The notes beneath the pieces were generated by a model. It made no database searches. It was not told the origin of the DNA and saw only the letters and a list, made by a program, of their open reading frames with translations. From Leucoraja ocellata (lineage: Eukaryota), in the NCBI GenBank assembly GCA_036785375.1, contig JAWMAR010000471.1, forward strand, positions 310,001 to 374,000: a stretch of DNA of 64,000 nt. Direction: 5' to 3'. This document shows, in pieces, positions 1 through 11,819 of this stretch (the first letter of the stretch is position 1; each line of letters opens with the position of its first letter). The position numbers were made by a program, and so were the translations under genes.

Positions 1-85
1 TTTGGGTGACTTGTAATACAAAGATGTTCCGCGTATTTCGGTGCAGGCATGACAAACCTAAACCTAATCCATATATTTATTTCAG

Positions 86-392
86 ATCCCTATCATGGAG
101 ATACCGTCACACAATCGCTGCCGTCAGCACAGAAGGTAGAAGGAGAGTCTGTGACTTTCAGCTGCATCTATGATACCGCAGCAACGAGCTACCACTTATT
201 TTGGTACCGGCATCATCAGGACTCAAGGCCCGAGTTCATACTGTGGAAATATTCACATGGAAACGAGGCGAAAGCCGATTTTGCAGGAGATCGCTTCTCT
301 TTCCAGCTCCAGACCGATAGAAAATTAGTCAATTTAACCCTATCGGGGCTGGAGCTGAGCGACTCTGCAGTTTATTACTGCGCCTTTAGCCT
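86..392 (+). CDS. TCR alpha/delta-type V segment, family 1 (V1), V exon; leader lies upstream of the window
   Basis: Acceptor ttcAG at 84-85; open frame DPYHG-DTVTQ..FSC..WYRH..LELSDSAVYYCAFS with Ig-V Cys/Trp/YYC hallmarks; RSS follows. Confidence 0.9.
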
Positions 393-431
393 CACAGTGA
401 TGGAGACCAGTGAAACCTTCATACAGAAACA
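393..431 (+). other. 23-RSS of V1
   Basis: CACAGTG + 23 bp + ACAGAAACA. Confidence 0.92.
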
Positions 432-545
432 TCAGCAACTGCTTTGCCTGCTGCAGTGAGATACGTCTGCACCGCGCTTGCTGGTTGTGATTTCCCGCCG
501 TCTGAGAATTCTTCCCAACTCACTCTGTTTCTCTCGAGGGCGGCT

Positions 546-830
546 TGCGGTGTCATCGGCGCAGCTGAAACCCACCGACTCCCTTTCTGTGCTCCGTGCT
601 GAGCACTTGTCTGTAGTCTGGAAAACACAAGGATTGGGTTTAGATTTATAATGGTCAGAGATACAGTGATTAACTATGCTTTACATACTAGCTGGCAGAT
701 CAGATAACGATCCATAAATACAACCCATTCAAACCGAAGTGCTATAGATAGAGCAAAGGGAAAGATAGAGAGTGCAGAATAAAGTTCTCCACATTGTAGC
801 GCATCAATTCCAGAATCAAATCCCAATGTC
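546..830 (-). pseudogene. Inverted 5'-half V relic (intron 3' part + FR1) behind V1; similar copies follow every family-1 RSS
   Basis: Minus strand resembles the V intron end/acceptor and ..ESVGFSCADDTA, matching ..ESVTFSCTYDTA; this copy has a small internal deletion near 605. Confidence 0.7.
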
Positions 831-1279
831 CACAATGGGGTCGATTTGCACCGGCCTGTACTCTACTTTACGGAGTTAAATCCTGTAGTGCCCTGCCGAA
901 GATAGACATAAAATGCAGGTGGGACAGGTGGAATAGCCGGAGAGAAGATGGGTGACGTTTCGTGTCAAGACCGAGATGCAGGAGAGAGGGAGACTAGAGA
1001 TATGGAACGGTAAGGTGTGATAACGAGTGATTAAAACGGACGCTGGTCCAGGAAATGTCTAATATCATTGTTAGCTGGGGGGGAATGCAACAACTTGGCA
1101 TTCAAACGGAAACATTAGTGCGATTATGAATGATAACGAAATTGAAAATGTATCGCTTATTGGCGACGCCGATCAACATCATCTTCTTCATCTGTGAGGT
1201 CCCTACATTAGCGATATTCGCCTCGATTGGGGAACGCAATGTGGCTCATTGCAGCTGAGAGCAGTACATCGAGTCAGCG

Positions 1280-1424
1280 GGATCTCGGAGAGGACCCACG
1301 AGGTCACGGCGAGAACCTGCAATCTCCGTACAGACAGCACCCGTAGACGGGATCGATCCCGTGTCTCCGGCGCTGCAAGTGCTGTAAGGCAGCAACTCTG
1401 CTGCTGCGCCACCGTGGCCGCCCG
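1280..1424 (-). mobile_element. 5' half of tRNA-derived SINE (HE1/V-SINE-like); recurs in most units
   Basis: Reverse complement begins gggcggccacggtggcgcagc..gatcgatcccg (A/B-box-like), homologous to the SINE at 4667. Confidence 0.6.
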
Positions 1425-2187
1425 GAATTTAATATGGTTGGGTTGGGTTGGAATGGTGGGCAGGGAAAAAAATTCACGCGAATGCTTTGCGGTTTGCGAG
1501 AGCACTGTGAATGTTGGTAAATGAATACAACGCATTTTCGCGGAGAATAATAAAGATAGGCACCAAGTTAAAAAAAGATATCCACACGCTAAAAAAACAT
1601 TCAAAATTACAAAATAGCCTTCTCCTCCTTGAATAAACTGTGATCTGGTAAATGTTTGATGAAGCGAGGGGTGGATCTCATCATTGAATCTGGAGATGAA
1701 CAACCAACATAATAATTTGCAGCAGTTTGAAGTGTGACATATGGTTATTAAAGTAGAGGAGCGTCTTGGCGTTCAAACCTTCATCTCAATCTCGGATTCA
1801 ATGCCTTTCTCTCAACATCTCCTCTGTGCCGTTTTACAAAGCACTTGCCCACATATCGCCCCTACTCGTGCCTTGACCCTTATCCCCTTTCATCCCCTGA
1901 CAAAGCTCGATTGCTACAATATTATTATCAGTGGCATTAGTTGTATGTATGTTGTAAGATAATTCATTGAATTAATTGAGACATTCTTGTCACTGTTATT
2001 TTGAAGAGCGCGCGCCGTTGTTTAAATTTTTGGCGATTTGAAGCCTATCTCTAGCATTGTCTTAGATCATTATTGTTACCGATATTCACCCGACGTGTTT
2101 CACCCGAAGGTTTGCCTCACTGATGACTGTATTCAGATAAAATATACCGTAGGTCCAACAGTAGCAGTGCCCCCAAGTTCGACTCTG

Positions 2188-2977
2188 TAGATCTGTCATT
2201 AGTCGGAGTATTATGGAAAGAAGCTTGCAGTGTAGTTACCCGATTGATCAACTAACCGGGATACACACCTGTGTACACTGCGATGACGATACATTCCCTC
2301 TATATAGCAATGTTACAAAATTTTGAGATTTAAAAAATCAAGTCTGTAATTTATCCCATCAGATAAAGCATAAAAAGAAGTTTAATTTGACACCTAATTC
2401 ACTTTCATATCACAAGTATTAAAAATGTTATGGCTATTTTCATACTCGGAAATTAGCATCTTGTTCCCTATTGATTTTCTATGGACATAACAAAAAAGCT
2501 GTGATCGTGTGCTGTCAAAAGGCCATAACCTTCTTAAAAATTATGAGAACTGAATGAAATTTTCAGTTATCGTAGATTGAACCATTCTGAAACAAATATA
2601 AAATAATCTGACTTGGATGACCTGAAATTAAAACATATAATTAGTTAGTTACGCAAGTGTAGCAAATTTCAAACTTCAATTACTAGATCTAAACGTCTAT
2701 CCATTTCTTAATAAATGATTAACATTTTTAAATAGCCCAAGTGTCCAAATAATATTCATAAATAATTCACAATAAAACATGATTTTGAAATCTCATTTAC
2801 ATCAATTTATAGGCCAAATGGAAGGAATTTAGTGTTCAATTGCTGTAAATTAAAGTCCATTAGGTCTGTTATTAGTCGGAGTATTTGGGAAAGAAGCTTG
2901 CAGTGTAGTTACCCTATTGACCAACTAACCGGGATATACGCCTGTGTACACTTCGATGACCATCCATTCCCTCTATA
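2188..2977. repeat. 556-bp AT-rich insert (2305-2860) between 117-bp direct repeats (2188-2304, 2861-2977)
   Basis: Direct comparison; paralogous units at ~25.7, 31.3, 41.9 and 47.5 kb have one 117-bp copy and no insert. Confidence 0.8.
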
Positions 2978-3419
2978 ACAATTAAATACAAGGTTATTCT
3001 GCCGATCACTTATTTTCGCAGCTGAGTCCAAGCAGATCAATAACATTTGAACATTTTAAGACACGACAACAATATCTAGTAAGATATCCACTTTAACGAA
3101 GCAATTTTATGTAGCAATGTGACTATTTGAAATATAGATTATTTTCATCGTGCTTATTTCGCTTCCTGATGCAGTAATTAGGTTCGTGCTAAGCGTTTAT
3201 TCTGTATATCTGACCCATTCTACCAGAACAGCCTTCCAGTCCATTCTTGAAAACAAGTCACAAATGACTAGAGATGCTAGAATCTGCAGCAAATCTAAAA
3301 TTATGTGTTGGAGGATCTCAGCGGCGTCTGCCAGACATTGTACAAGATATGGAATGCAAAGCATAGTTCATCACTTTATCTCTGACCATTATCAATCTAA
3401 ACCCAATCCATGTGTTTTC

Positions 3420-3577
3420 CAGTATGAACTCGGGCCTTGAGTCCTGATGATGCCGGTACCAAAGTAAGACGTCGTACGTTGCTGCGCTATCATAAGTGCA
3501 GCTGGAAGTCATCGACTCTCCTTCCACCTTCTGTGCTGACGGCAGCGATTGTGTGACGGTATCTCAATGATTGGGAT
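3420..3577 (-). pseudogene. Truncated family-1 V pseudogene (CDR2-to-RSS deleted, GGA>TGA stop, leader deleted)
   Basis: ..PEFIL joined at CTG to downstream ggaaaacacatgg; CAT TGA GAT replaces CAT GGA GAT; leader removed by deletion near 3785. Confidence 0.88.
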
Positions 3578-4486
3578 CTGAAAAAATGTATGGGTTAGGT
3601 TTAGGTTTGTCATGCGTGCCCCGAAATACGTGGAAGACTTTGTATTACATGTCACCCAAACAGATCAACTGATCAAATGAAACGCACGTTCAATAGATAG
3701 ACAAGGGGAAGATAGAGAGTGCAGAATAAAAGGAATAGCTGACCTGAAGAAGGGTCTCGACACGAAACATTACCTATACCAATTTCCGCCTACCTCAACT
3801 TCCTCCCCAGTTGCGGCTCCGTCAGCGTTCTTTCAGGTTAGGCATGCAGTGACTGGGTTAGGGGGGGAATCGTCTTCAACGCTGTAACAGTGGAAACTCG
3901 GTTCTGCTTTTGTGAGGAACTCAAAGGTAGCATAACGTAAAGCAACTATGAGGAGCGGGTCAATGCGGGAATTATCGGTCACGTTGATGGCCTGGCGAAA
4001 TGTACTTTCTGTTTAAATTTATCTCCGAGTTAGAAATTATCCCCATTCCCACATCAAACCGCAAGGAACGGATTCAATGCGAGATAGATGCAAGTTAGGA
4101 TGCGAGGCCACCTTTAGAGTATTGCGTTCCGTTTTGGGCACTTATCATATGAAACTTGTCGTCAGGCAGGAAAGGGAGCAGAGAATACTTGGGATGATGT
4201 TGCCAGCACCCAAAGGACTGAGTTTTGTTTAATGTAGTTCAGAGATAGAGGCCGGAAACGGGTCCTTCGATCCACCGAGTCCGCACTTACCATTGATCCC
4301 CGTACATCAACACTACCCTACACACACTAGGGAAACTTTTACATTGATAACAAGCCAATTAACCTACAAACATGGACGCCTTTGGAGTGTGGGCGGAAAC
4401 ACAAGATCTCGGAGAAAACCCACGCAAGGCGCGGGGAGAGCGTACAAACTGTGTACAGACAATGGTTCATATTAAAGCCCCACAGA

Positions 4487-4513
4487 CACACACACACACA
4501 CACACACACACAC
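4487..4513 (+). repeat. (CA)n microsatellite near the centre of the head-to-head unit
   Basis: Seen directly. Confidence 0.9.
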
Positions 4514-4666
4514 CTTCAACCTGTATCACCTGGTTCTCTATTCCTCTATACGGGGCAAGTGACTCTGTGCGTTTACCCGATCTATTCCTCTCATGATTTT
4601 GGACACCCTTCACCCCCCTGCGCATCGTGGAATAGTCCCAGCCACCTCATCCTCACCATGTAGCAC

Positions 4667-5179
4667 AGTGGCACGGCGACACGGTGACGTAACGGTATAG
4701 CTACTTCCTTACTGCGCCAGAGACATGGGTATCCTGACTACGGGTGCGTGTATGTACAGTTTCTACGCTCTCGTCGTGACTTGCGAGGGCTTTCACCGAG
4801 ATCTTGAGGTTTCGCCCACAATCCAAAGACGTACATGTTTGTAGGTTAATTGGCTTCTTGTAATTACCTAGACTGTGGAACAGCATCCCTCTTCCCATCT
4901 GAACAGCCCCCTCCATCAACTCTTTTAAGTCTAGACTGAAAACTTATTTCTACTCTCAAGACTTTCTTAAGGTCCCCTGAGGGAGCGCTGCATGTGTGTA
5001 CTTCTGTATGTATTATTGATTTATGTACAACTGTTTGTAGCACGTTTAGTACCTGCACTAATGTAAAGCAATTTGCACAACGAGAGTTGTTTTTAAATGT
5101 GCTATAGAAATAAAATTGACTTGACTTCACTTGATCAATGTAAAATTATCCACAGTGTGTGTAGGGTATTGTTGATGTG
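4667..5179 (+). mobile_element. tRNA-derived SINE (HE1/V-SINE-like), split by an old L2 fragment and the young L2; 3' end resumes at 10202-10275
   Basis: tRNA-like head, central cccacaatccaaagacgtac..gtaggttaattggc, tail gggccgaagggcc..tgtatctct; inverted copy at ~4240-4460. Confidence 0.65.
4867..5134 (+). mobile_element. Old L2 LINE 3' fragment with (GACTT)n tail; also at ~22.2, 27.6, 38.4, 43.8, 49.9, 55.4 and 62.2 kb
   Basis: Translates as LWNSIPLPI-TAPSINSFKSRLKTYFY, like the L2 C-terminus LWNTLPLHIRQAPSLSIFKSSIKTHLY at ~9900-9990; AATAAA followed by short-repeat tail. Confidence 0.75.
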
Positions 5180-5188
5180 TATTCCAAG

Positions 5189-7797
5189 ATGGCGCCGATG
5201 TCTATGGCTGCCCGTCTGTTGCTCTCTCTGTTTTTTGTGTATTCTATTGGTGTTATACAACTAAAGTCTCTGCTGGTCTACGACCGTACATCTCTAATGG
5301 ACATTCAGCGTAATGTCGGTGCCTATGTTTACCGCGGACATACTACACTGCCCACGTTCCTCTTGGGAATCCAAACTCACCTGGAGCGGGTTTTAAGCCC
5401 GAGGAAGCGTCGCCGTCGCCGTCGCCGTGGCAAACGTAGCGGTCGAATGGTGAAGTCTAAACTGGGTGGGCCAGGAGGTGGGAATCTCCTCGAAAGCCTT
5501 GAGCGTCGGGAACACCTTGCTCAGGGACATCTCCGGGGCCTTCAGCCTTCAGCCTGGTGCTCACCAACTGTCAACTCTCAACTGTCAACGGACAATCTCC
5601 TCCCCAACGATCGGGAACACTGTCCACCTGCTGCAGCACGGAGAACTGGCTTGGCTCACCGTCTCGGTAGGAGGAACGAAGGAGGTCACCTGGTACACCA
5701 ACTCTTCCGGGTGGGTCCCTTCGCCCCCACCCCTTCCTATGCTCAGGAGCTGCGGCGAGACGGGCCACGCCTCCCATGCTCTCCTCGGCCCCGCCACCGC
5801 GGGGTGAATCCCCGGAACCTGAGGACTCTGCACCGGGCTCAGCGATCAGCTGATCTGGTGAGTCCATCCCCCTCCAGGATTGGTTTAGTGAACGCCAGAT
5901 CCCTGGCAAACAAGACTTTTATACTGAGGGATTTCTTCTGCTCACGTGGACTGGATTTCCTCTGTGTGACTGAGACTTGGATGGGTCCAGGTGAGTGCAG
6001 CGCTCTTGTTGAGCTATTACCGGCTGGCTGCTCTTATTTCAACTCACCGCGGATATCGGGCCGTGGAGGAGGAACAGCGGCTGTTTATAAAAATAACTTT
6101 AAGTGCAGGCAATGCCCTCTATCATCTTCTTTCTCCAGTTTCGAAGCAACTTTATTTGAAGTGGGCCGCTCCAAACCGGTGCTTTGTGCGGTCATCTACC
6201 GACCGCCCAAGTATAATAAGGACTTTGTAAATGAATTCTCTGATTTTCTGGCTGGGATCGTGCCCAACTATGATCGTGTCCTTTTGGTTGGGGACTTTAA
6301 CATCCATGTGTGCTGTCCTGATAAGCCGTTAGTGAAGGACTTTTTCAGCCTTGTTGACTCTTTTGATTTTGTCCAGTGTGTGTCTGGTCCCACACACGAA
6401 CATGGACATACACTGGACCTTGTTCTCTCTCATGGCTTGTCTGTGTTGAATTTGGAAATCTCTGATTGTGTGTTTTCAGATCATATGCCTGTATTGTTTG
6501 ATGTCAATTTCTCCTGTGAAACAATTTTGCCTGTGGTGTCTGCTCGGCGCTGTCGGTCTTTTAGCCCTTTTACTGCTGGCAAGTTCTCTGCTGCTTTCGA
6601 TCAGCTCTGCGCCCCCCTCGGCGTCCACTCCTCTTGGTACGGAGGAGATTAGTTCGTGGTTTCATTCTTCATGCAGGACTATACTGGACTCTGTGGCTCC
6701 GTTAAGATCGTTGAAGCCGAGGGCTAAACCTGAACCCTGGTTCAGTGCAGTGACTCGTGCAGCACGACGGGAGTGTCGTAGAGCTGAGCGAAAGTGGAGG
6801 AAGGACAGGCTACAGGTTTCACTTCAAATTCTCAGGGACTGTTGGCGTCACTACCAGGACAGTGTTAAAAAGGCCAAGAGAGAGTACCTGTCTAAAATTA
6901 TTGTGTCAAAGTGTAACAACCCTCGTGTGCTATTTGAAATCATTGACTCTGTTCTAAATGCCCCGCAGCCTGTCTGTCTGGAAGCTTCACCTGAAATGTG
7001 TAATGACTTCCTGCACTTTTTTGTTGATAAGGTTGTTTCCTTAAGGGCTAACATTTCAGCACCTGCCACTGACCCTTCTGTTTCGGTCCCTTGCCTGGTG
7101 GTATTCAACAAGTTTGAGCCTGTGACTATATCGTATTTAAAGGATGTGGTTTCCCATATTAAGCCATCGGGTTCTCCTTGTGATGCGGTCCCTCCACATC
7201 TTTTTAAGGAGGTTTTCTCTAGTGTAGGGCAGTCGGTTCTTACCATTATTAACAGCAGCTTGTGTTCTGGGGTTGTCCCCGTGAGTTTTAAACATGCGGT
7301 AGTGCAACCACTACTTAAGAAACCTGGCCTGGATCAATCTGTTCTGGCCAATTTTAGACCCATCTCGAAATTGCCTTTTATTTCTAAATTACTGGAGAGA
7401 GTTGTTTATGCTCAGCTAAAACTATTCCTGGATGAGCATGATATTCGGGAGATCTTCCAGTCTGGATTTAAAACCATGCACAGCACGGAGGCAGCATTGC
7501 TAAGGGTTTTTAACGATATCCTCCTGGCTAATGATTCTGGGGATTGTGTGGTTCTTGTCCTGCTGGACTTGCCTGCCGCCTTTGATACGGTGGACCATAA
7601 TATCTTATTATCTCGGCTACAGCAGTTAGTGGGCATCTGCGGCAGTGCCCTGGGATGGTTCAGGTCCTATCTGGCAGGTAGAACCATGTGTGTTAGCCTT
7701 GCTGGGTTTGAATCCTCTTCCGCTCCCCTGTCATATGGGGTTCCACAGGGTTCGATTCTGGGGCCCCTGCTTTTCTCGCTGTACATACTTCCTCTGG
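5189..7797 (+). pseudogene. L2 ORF, N-terminal part (endonuclease + RT N-half); one frameshift at the C6 run 6612-6617
   Basis: ORF-track frames 5177..6652 and 6468..7850 join if one C is removed. Confidence 0.85.
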
Positions 7798-9127
7798 TGA
7801 AATCATTGGACAAAGTCAGCATGGATTTACGAAAGGTAAATCATGTCTGACGAATCTTATAGAATTTTTCGAGGATGTAACTAGTAGCGTGGATAGGGGA
7901 GAACCAGTGGATGTGGTGTATCTGGACTTCCAGAAGGCTTTCGACAAGGTCCCACATAAGAGATTAGTATACAAACTTAAAGCACATGGCATTGGGGGTT
8001 CAGTATTGATGTGGATAGAGAACTGGCTGGCAAACAGGAAGCAAAGAGTAGGAGTAAACGGGTCCTTTTCACAATGGCAGGCAGTGACTAGTGGGGTACC
8101 GCAAGGCTCAGTACTGGGACCCCAGCTATTTACAATATATATTAATGATCTGGATGAGGGAATTGAAGGCAATATCTCCAAGTTTGCGGATGACACTAAG
8201 CTGGGGGGCAGTGTTAGGTGTGAGGAGGATGCTAGGAGACTGCAAGGTGACTTGGATAGGCTGGGTGAGTGGGCAAATGTTTGGCAGATGCAGTTTAATG
8301 TGGATAAATGTGAGGTTATCCATTTTGGTGGCAAAAACGGGAAAGCAGATTATTATCTAAACGGTGGCCGATTGGGAAAGGGGGAGATGCAGCGAGACCT
8401 GGGTGTCATGGTACACCAGTCATTGAAGGTAGGCATGCAGGTGCAGCAGGCAGTAAAGAATGCGAATGGCATGTTGGCTTTCATAGCAAGAGGATTTGAG
8501 TATAGGAGCAGGGAGGTTCTACTGCAGTTGTATAGGGTCTTGGTGAGACCACACCTGGAGTATTGCGTGCAGTTTTGGTCTCCAAATCAGAGGAAGGACA
8601 TTATTGCCATAGAGGGAGTGCAGAGAAGTTTCACCAGACTGATTCCTGGGATGTCAGGACTGTCTTATGAAGAAAGACTGGATAGACTTGGTTTATACTC
8701 TCTAGAATTTAGGAGATTGAGAGGGGATCTTATAGAAACTTACAAAATTCTTAAGGGGTTGGACAGGCTAGATGCAGGAAGATTGTTCCCGATGTTGGGG
8801 AAGTCCAGGACAAGGGGTCACAGCTTAAGGATAAGGGGGAAATCCTTTAAAACCGAGATGAGGAGAACTTTTTTCACACAGAGAGTGGTGAATCTCTGGA
8901 ACTCTCTGCCACAGAGGGTAGTTGAGGCCAGTTCATTGGCTATATTTAAGAGGGAGTTAGATGTGGCCCTTGTGGCCAAGGGGATCAGAGGGTATGGAGA
9001 GAAGGCAGGTACGGGATACTGAGTTGGATGATCAGCCATGATCATATTAAATGGCGGTGCAGGCTCGAAGGGCCGAATGGCCTACTCCTGCACCTAATTT
9101 CTATGTTTCTATGTTCTATGTTTCTAT
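7798..9127 (+). mobile_element. 5'-truncated CR1 LINE (RT C-half + 3' UTR) nested in the L2 RT
   Basis: Stop-free QHGF..SCLTNL..YLDFQKAFDKVPH..GVPQGSVLGP..FADDTKL..LEYCVQFWSP to 9022; (TTCTATGT)n-type tail. Confidence 0.93.
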
Positions 9128-10005
9128 GTTCCATCCTTAGAAAGCATGGCATCTCCTTCCACTGTTATGCAGATGATACACAGCTTTATTTGCCGCTGAG
9201 GGGGGAAGATGCCTTTTCTGTAAAATCGCTTCTGTCTTGTCTTGATGACATTAAGTCCTGGTTGGCCCTAAACTTTCTTGGATTTAATGAAAAGAAGACA
9301 GAGGTGATTTTATTTGATCCCAATGGCTGCCGTGAACCTCCATTTGTTGATTTAGGTCCATTGTCAAGGTACGTGAAGCCAACAGTTGTGAACCTGGGTT
9401 TTAGGATGGACAGTGACTTTAAATTAGATCGCCAAATATGCGCGGTGGTTAAGTCCAGCTTCTTTCACCTAAGGAAGCTGGCGAAGGTGAAGCCCATTCT
9501 CGAGCGGCAGCATTTTGAGACAGTAATCCATGCCTTTATTACATCTAGGCTGGATTACTGTAACGCGCTCTATTTTGGTGTTGCTCGTTCTTCACTGGCT
9601 CGTCTCCAGTTGGTTCAGAATGCTGCTGCTCGCCTTTTAACAGGGACTCGAAAGAGGGAGCACATATCGCCAATTCTGGCCTCCCTACACTGGCTCCCGG
9701 TGCACTTTCGGGTCCATTTTAAGATACTGTTATTTGTTTTTAAATCTCTGAATGGGCTCGCCCCGCCTTACCTCTCTGAGCTGCTCCACCCATACGCTCC
9801 TGCCCGGTCCCTCAGGTCAGCTGGTCAGCTGCTCCTGGAGGTACCGAGGTCTAGTCGGAGGCTCAGAGGGGATAGAGCCTTCTTTGTTGCTGCTCCGGCA
9901 CTCTGGAACACCCTGCCGCTGCACATCAGACAGGCCCCCTCACTGTCCATCTTCAAATCCAGTATTAAAACGCATTTGTACACCCTGGCTTTTGACCATG
10001 CCTGA
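9128..10005 (+). pseudogene. L2 ORF, C-terminal part (RT YADD and C-terminal domain)
   Basis: Resumes [39 protein letters not shown]. Confidence 0.88.
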
Positions 10006-10849
10006 GGCTTTGCTTCTGTTTGTGGTGTTTTTGATGTTTCTTTATTTTACATGTCTTTTCCTACTATTTCTTTTGATTGTTATTTTTGGTGTGTATTAAC
10101 TTTTTTGTCAATGATTAGTGATGTACAGCACTTTGTTGCAGCTATGTTTGTTTTTAAAGTGCTCTATAAATAAAATTATTATTATTATTATTATTATTAT
10201 TATGTGCGGGGATCACTGGTAGGTGCGGACACAGGGGGCCGAAGGGCCAGTTTCCGCGCTGTATCTCTGAACTACACGAATCAAACTCAGTCCCCTGGGT
10301 GCTGGCAACATCATCGCACGTTTTCTCTGCACCCTTCCCTGCTGGACAATATCTTTCATATGACAAGTGCGGCAAAACTGAACGCAATACTCTAAAGGTG
10401 GCCTCGCATCCTAACTTGCATCTATCTCGCATCGAATCCGTTCCTTGGGATTCGATGTGGGAATGGGGGGTCATTTCTAACTCGGAATTAAATTTAACAG
10501 AAAGTACATTTCACCAGGCAATCAACGTAACCTATAAATCCCGCAATGACCCGCTCCTCATAGTTCCCTTACATGATGATCCTTAGAGTTCCTCACAAAA
10601 GCCGAGCCGAGTTTCCCCTGTTACAGCGATGAAGACGTTTCCTTCCCCCACCCAGTCACTACATGCCTAACCTGAAAGAACGCTGACCGAGTCACAACTG
10701 GGGAGGAAGTTGAGGTCGGCGGAAGTCAGTCGCTTCCCGCCCACCTTTACCCCAGCGCAACCAGCACCAGCAGGAGAGGCGAGAACATCCGAAAGCCGCA
10801 CAGCACCAGATCGAGGAGAGAATTTCACAAAGGGTTTTTCACAGGGAAG

Positions 10850-11780
10850 ATGCGCGTACTTGCCATTTGGATTGTGTGGGGAGCATGCCTGATAGGTAAA
10901 GTCGCAACAGTTAATCCGGCTACTTGCTCCGACGAAAGGTCGATCATTATTGTGAATACGAACCGGTCTAATCTTTCCCTACATGTAATTGGAAAGCCGG
11001 GTACTATCTAATCGCCATTCATATGCCATGGTGAAATGAATTGGTATAGGTAATGTTTCGGGTCGAGACCCTTCTTCAGGTCACCTATTCCTTTTGTCAA
11101 GAGAGGCTGGCTGACCAGCTGAGTTACTCCAACCTCTTGTGTCTAACTTCGGTTTAAGTCAGCATCTGCAGTTCCTTCCTATCTCTCAGCCGCGGCAATG
11201 TTCGATTCACCTCGATATGCAAGGGAACTATGCGATGCATATCTACCCCAGTGTCGACATTGGCCTTTGTCTCTGGAACTGATTCGCTACAATAATAATA
11301 ACTTTATTCTGCACTCTCTGTCTTCCCTTTATCTATCTATTGAACGTGCGTTTGATTTGATTGTATTTAAGTATATTATCAGTTAATGTGTTTGGGTGAC
11401 ATGTAATACAAAGGTCCTCCGCGTATTTCGGGGCACGCATGACAAACGTAAACTTTATCCATATATTGTTCAGATCCCAGTCATGGAGATACCGTCACAC
11501 AATCGCTACCGTCAGCACAGAAGGTGGAAGGAGAGTCGGTGACTTTCAGCTGCACCTATGATACCGCAGAAACGTACTACAACTTATTTTGGTACCGGCA
11601 TCATCAGGACTCAAGGCCCGAGTTCATAGTGAGGAAATATTCACATGAATACGAGGAGAAAGCCGATTTTGCAGGCGACCGCTTCTCTGCCCAGCTCCAG
11701 ACCGATAGAAAATTAGTCAGTTTAACCCTATCGGGGCTGGAGCTGAGCGACTCTGCAGTTTATTACTGCGCCTTTAGCCT
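10850..11780 (+). CDS. TCR alpha/delta-type V segment, family 1 (V2); leader 10850-10895, V exon 11474-11780
   Basis: Leader MRVLAIWIVWGACLI + G|GTAAAG donor; AG acceptor; open V exon to YYCAFS. Confidence 0.92.
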
Positions 11781-11819
11781 CACAGTGATGGAAACCAGTG
11801 AAACCTTCATACAAAAACA
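11781..11819 (+). other. 23-RSS of V2
   Basis: CACAGTG + 23 + ACAAAAACA. Confidence 0.93.

Larger units (their letters stand above)
5180..10201 (+). mobile_element. Apparently full-length L2-clade LINE (endonuclease + RT), interrupted by CR1
   Basis: APE motifs NARSLANK, VTETW, GDFNIH, HTLDLV, SDH; RT motifs QSGF, [25 protein letters not shown]; (ATT)n tail; ATGTG duplicated at 5175-5179 and 10202-10206; paralogous units show the empty site gttgatgtgcgggg. Confidence 0.92.

Noticed and set aside
49-85. ATG-initiated N-termini such as MTNLNLIHIFIS in the ORF track
   Set aside because: This is intron sequence before the AG acceptor; the real start is the 46-nt leader exon ~0.6 kb upstream.
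4664-4670. Perfect CACAGTG heptamer at the unit centre (also ~61956)
   Set aside because: No nonamer at 12 or 23 bp, and the heptamer is mutated in other units.
7797-9128. Functional L2-CR1 chimeric reverse transcriptase
   Set aside because: The CR1 frame is shifted relative to L2 (the L2 frame stops at 7850) and the CR1 has its own stop and tail; this is a disruptive insertion.
10799-10840. RSS-like CACAGCA..ACAAAGGGT upstream of the leader
   Set aside because: 21-bp spacing, poor nonamer and variable among copies.
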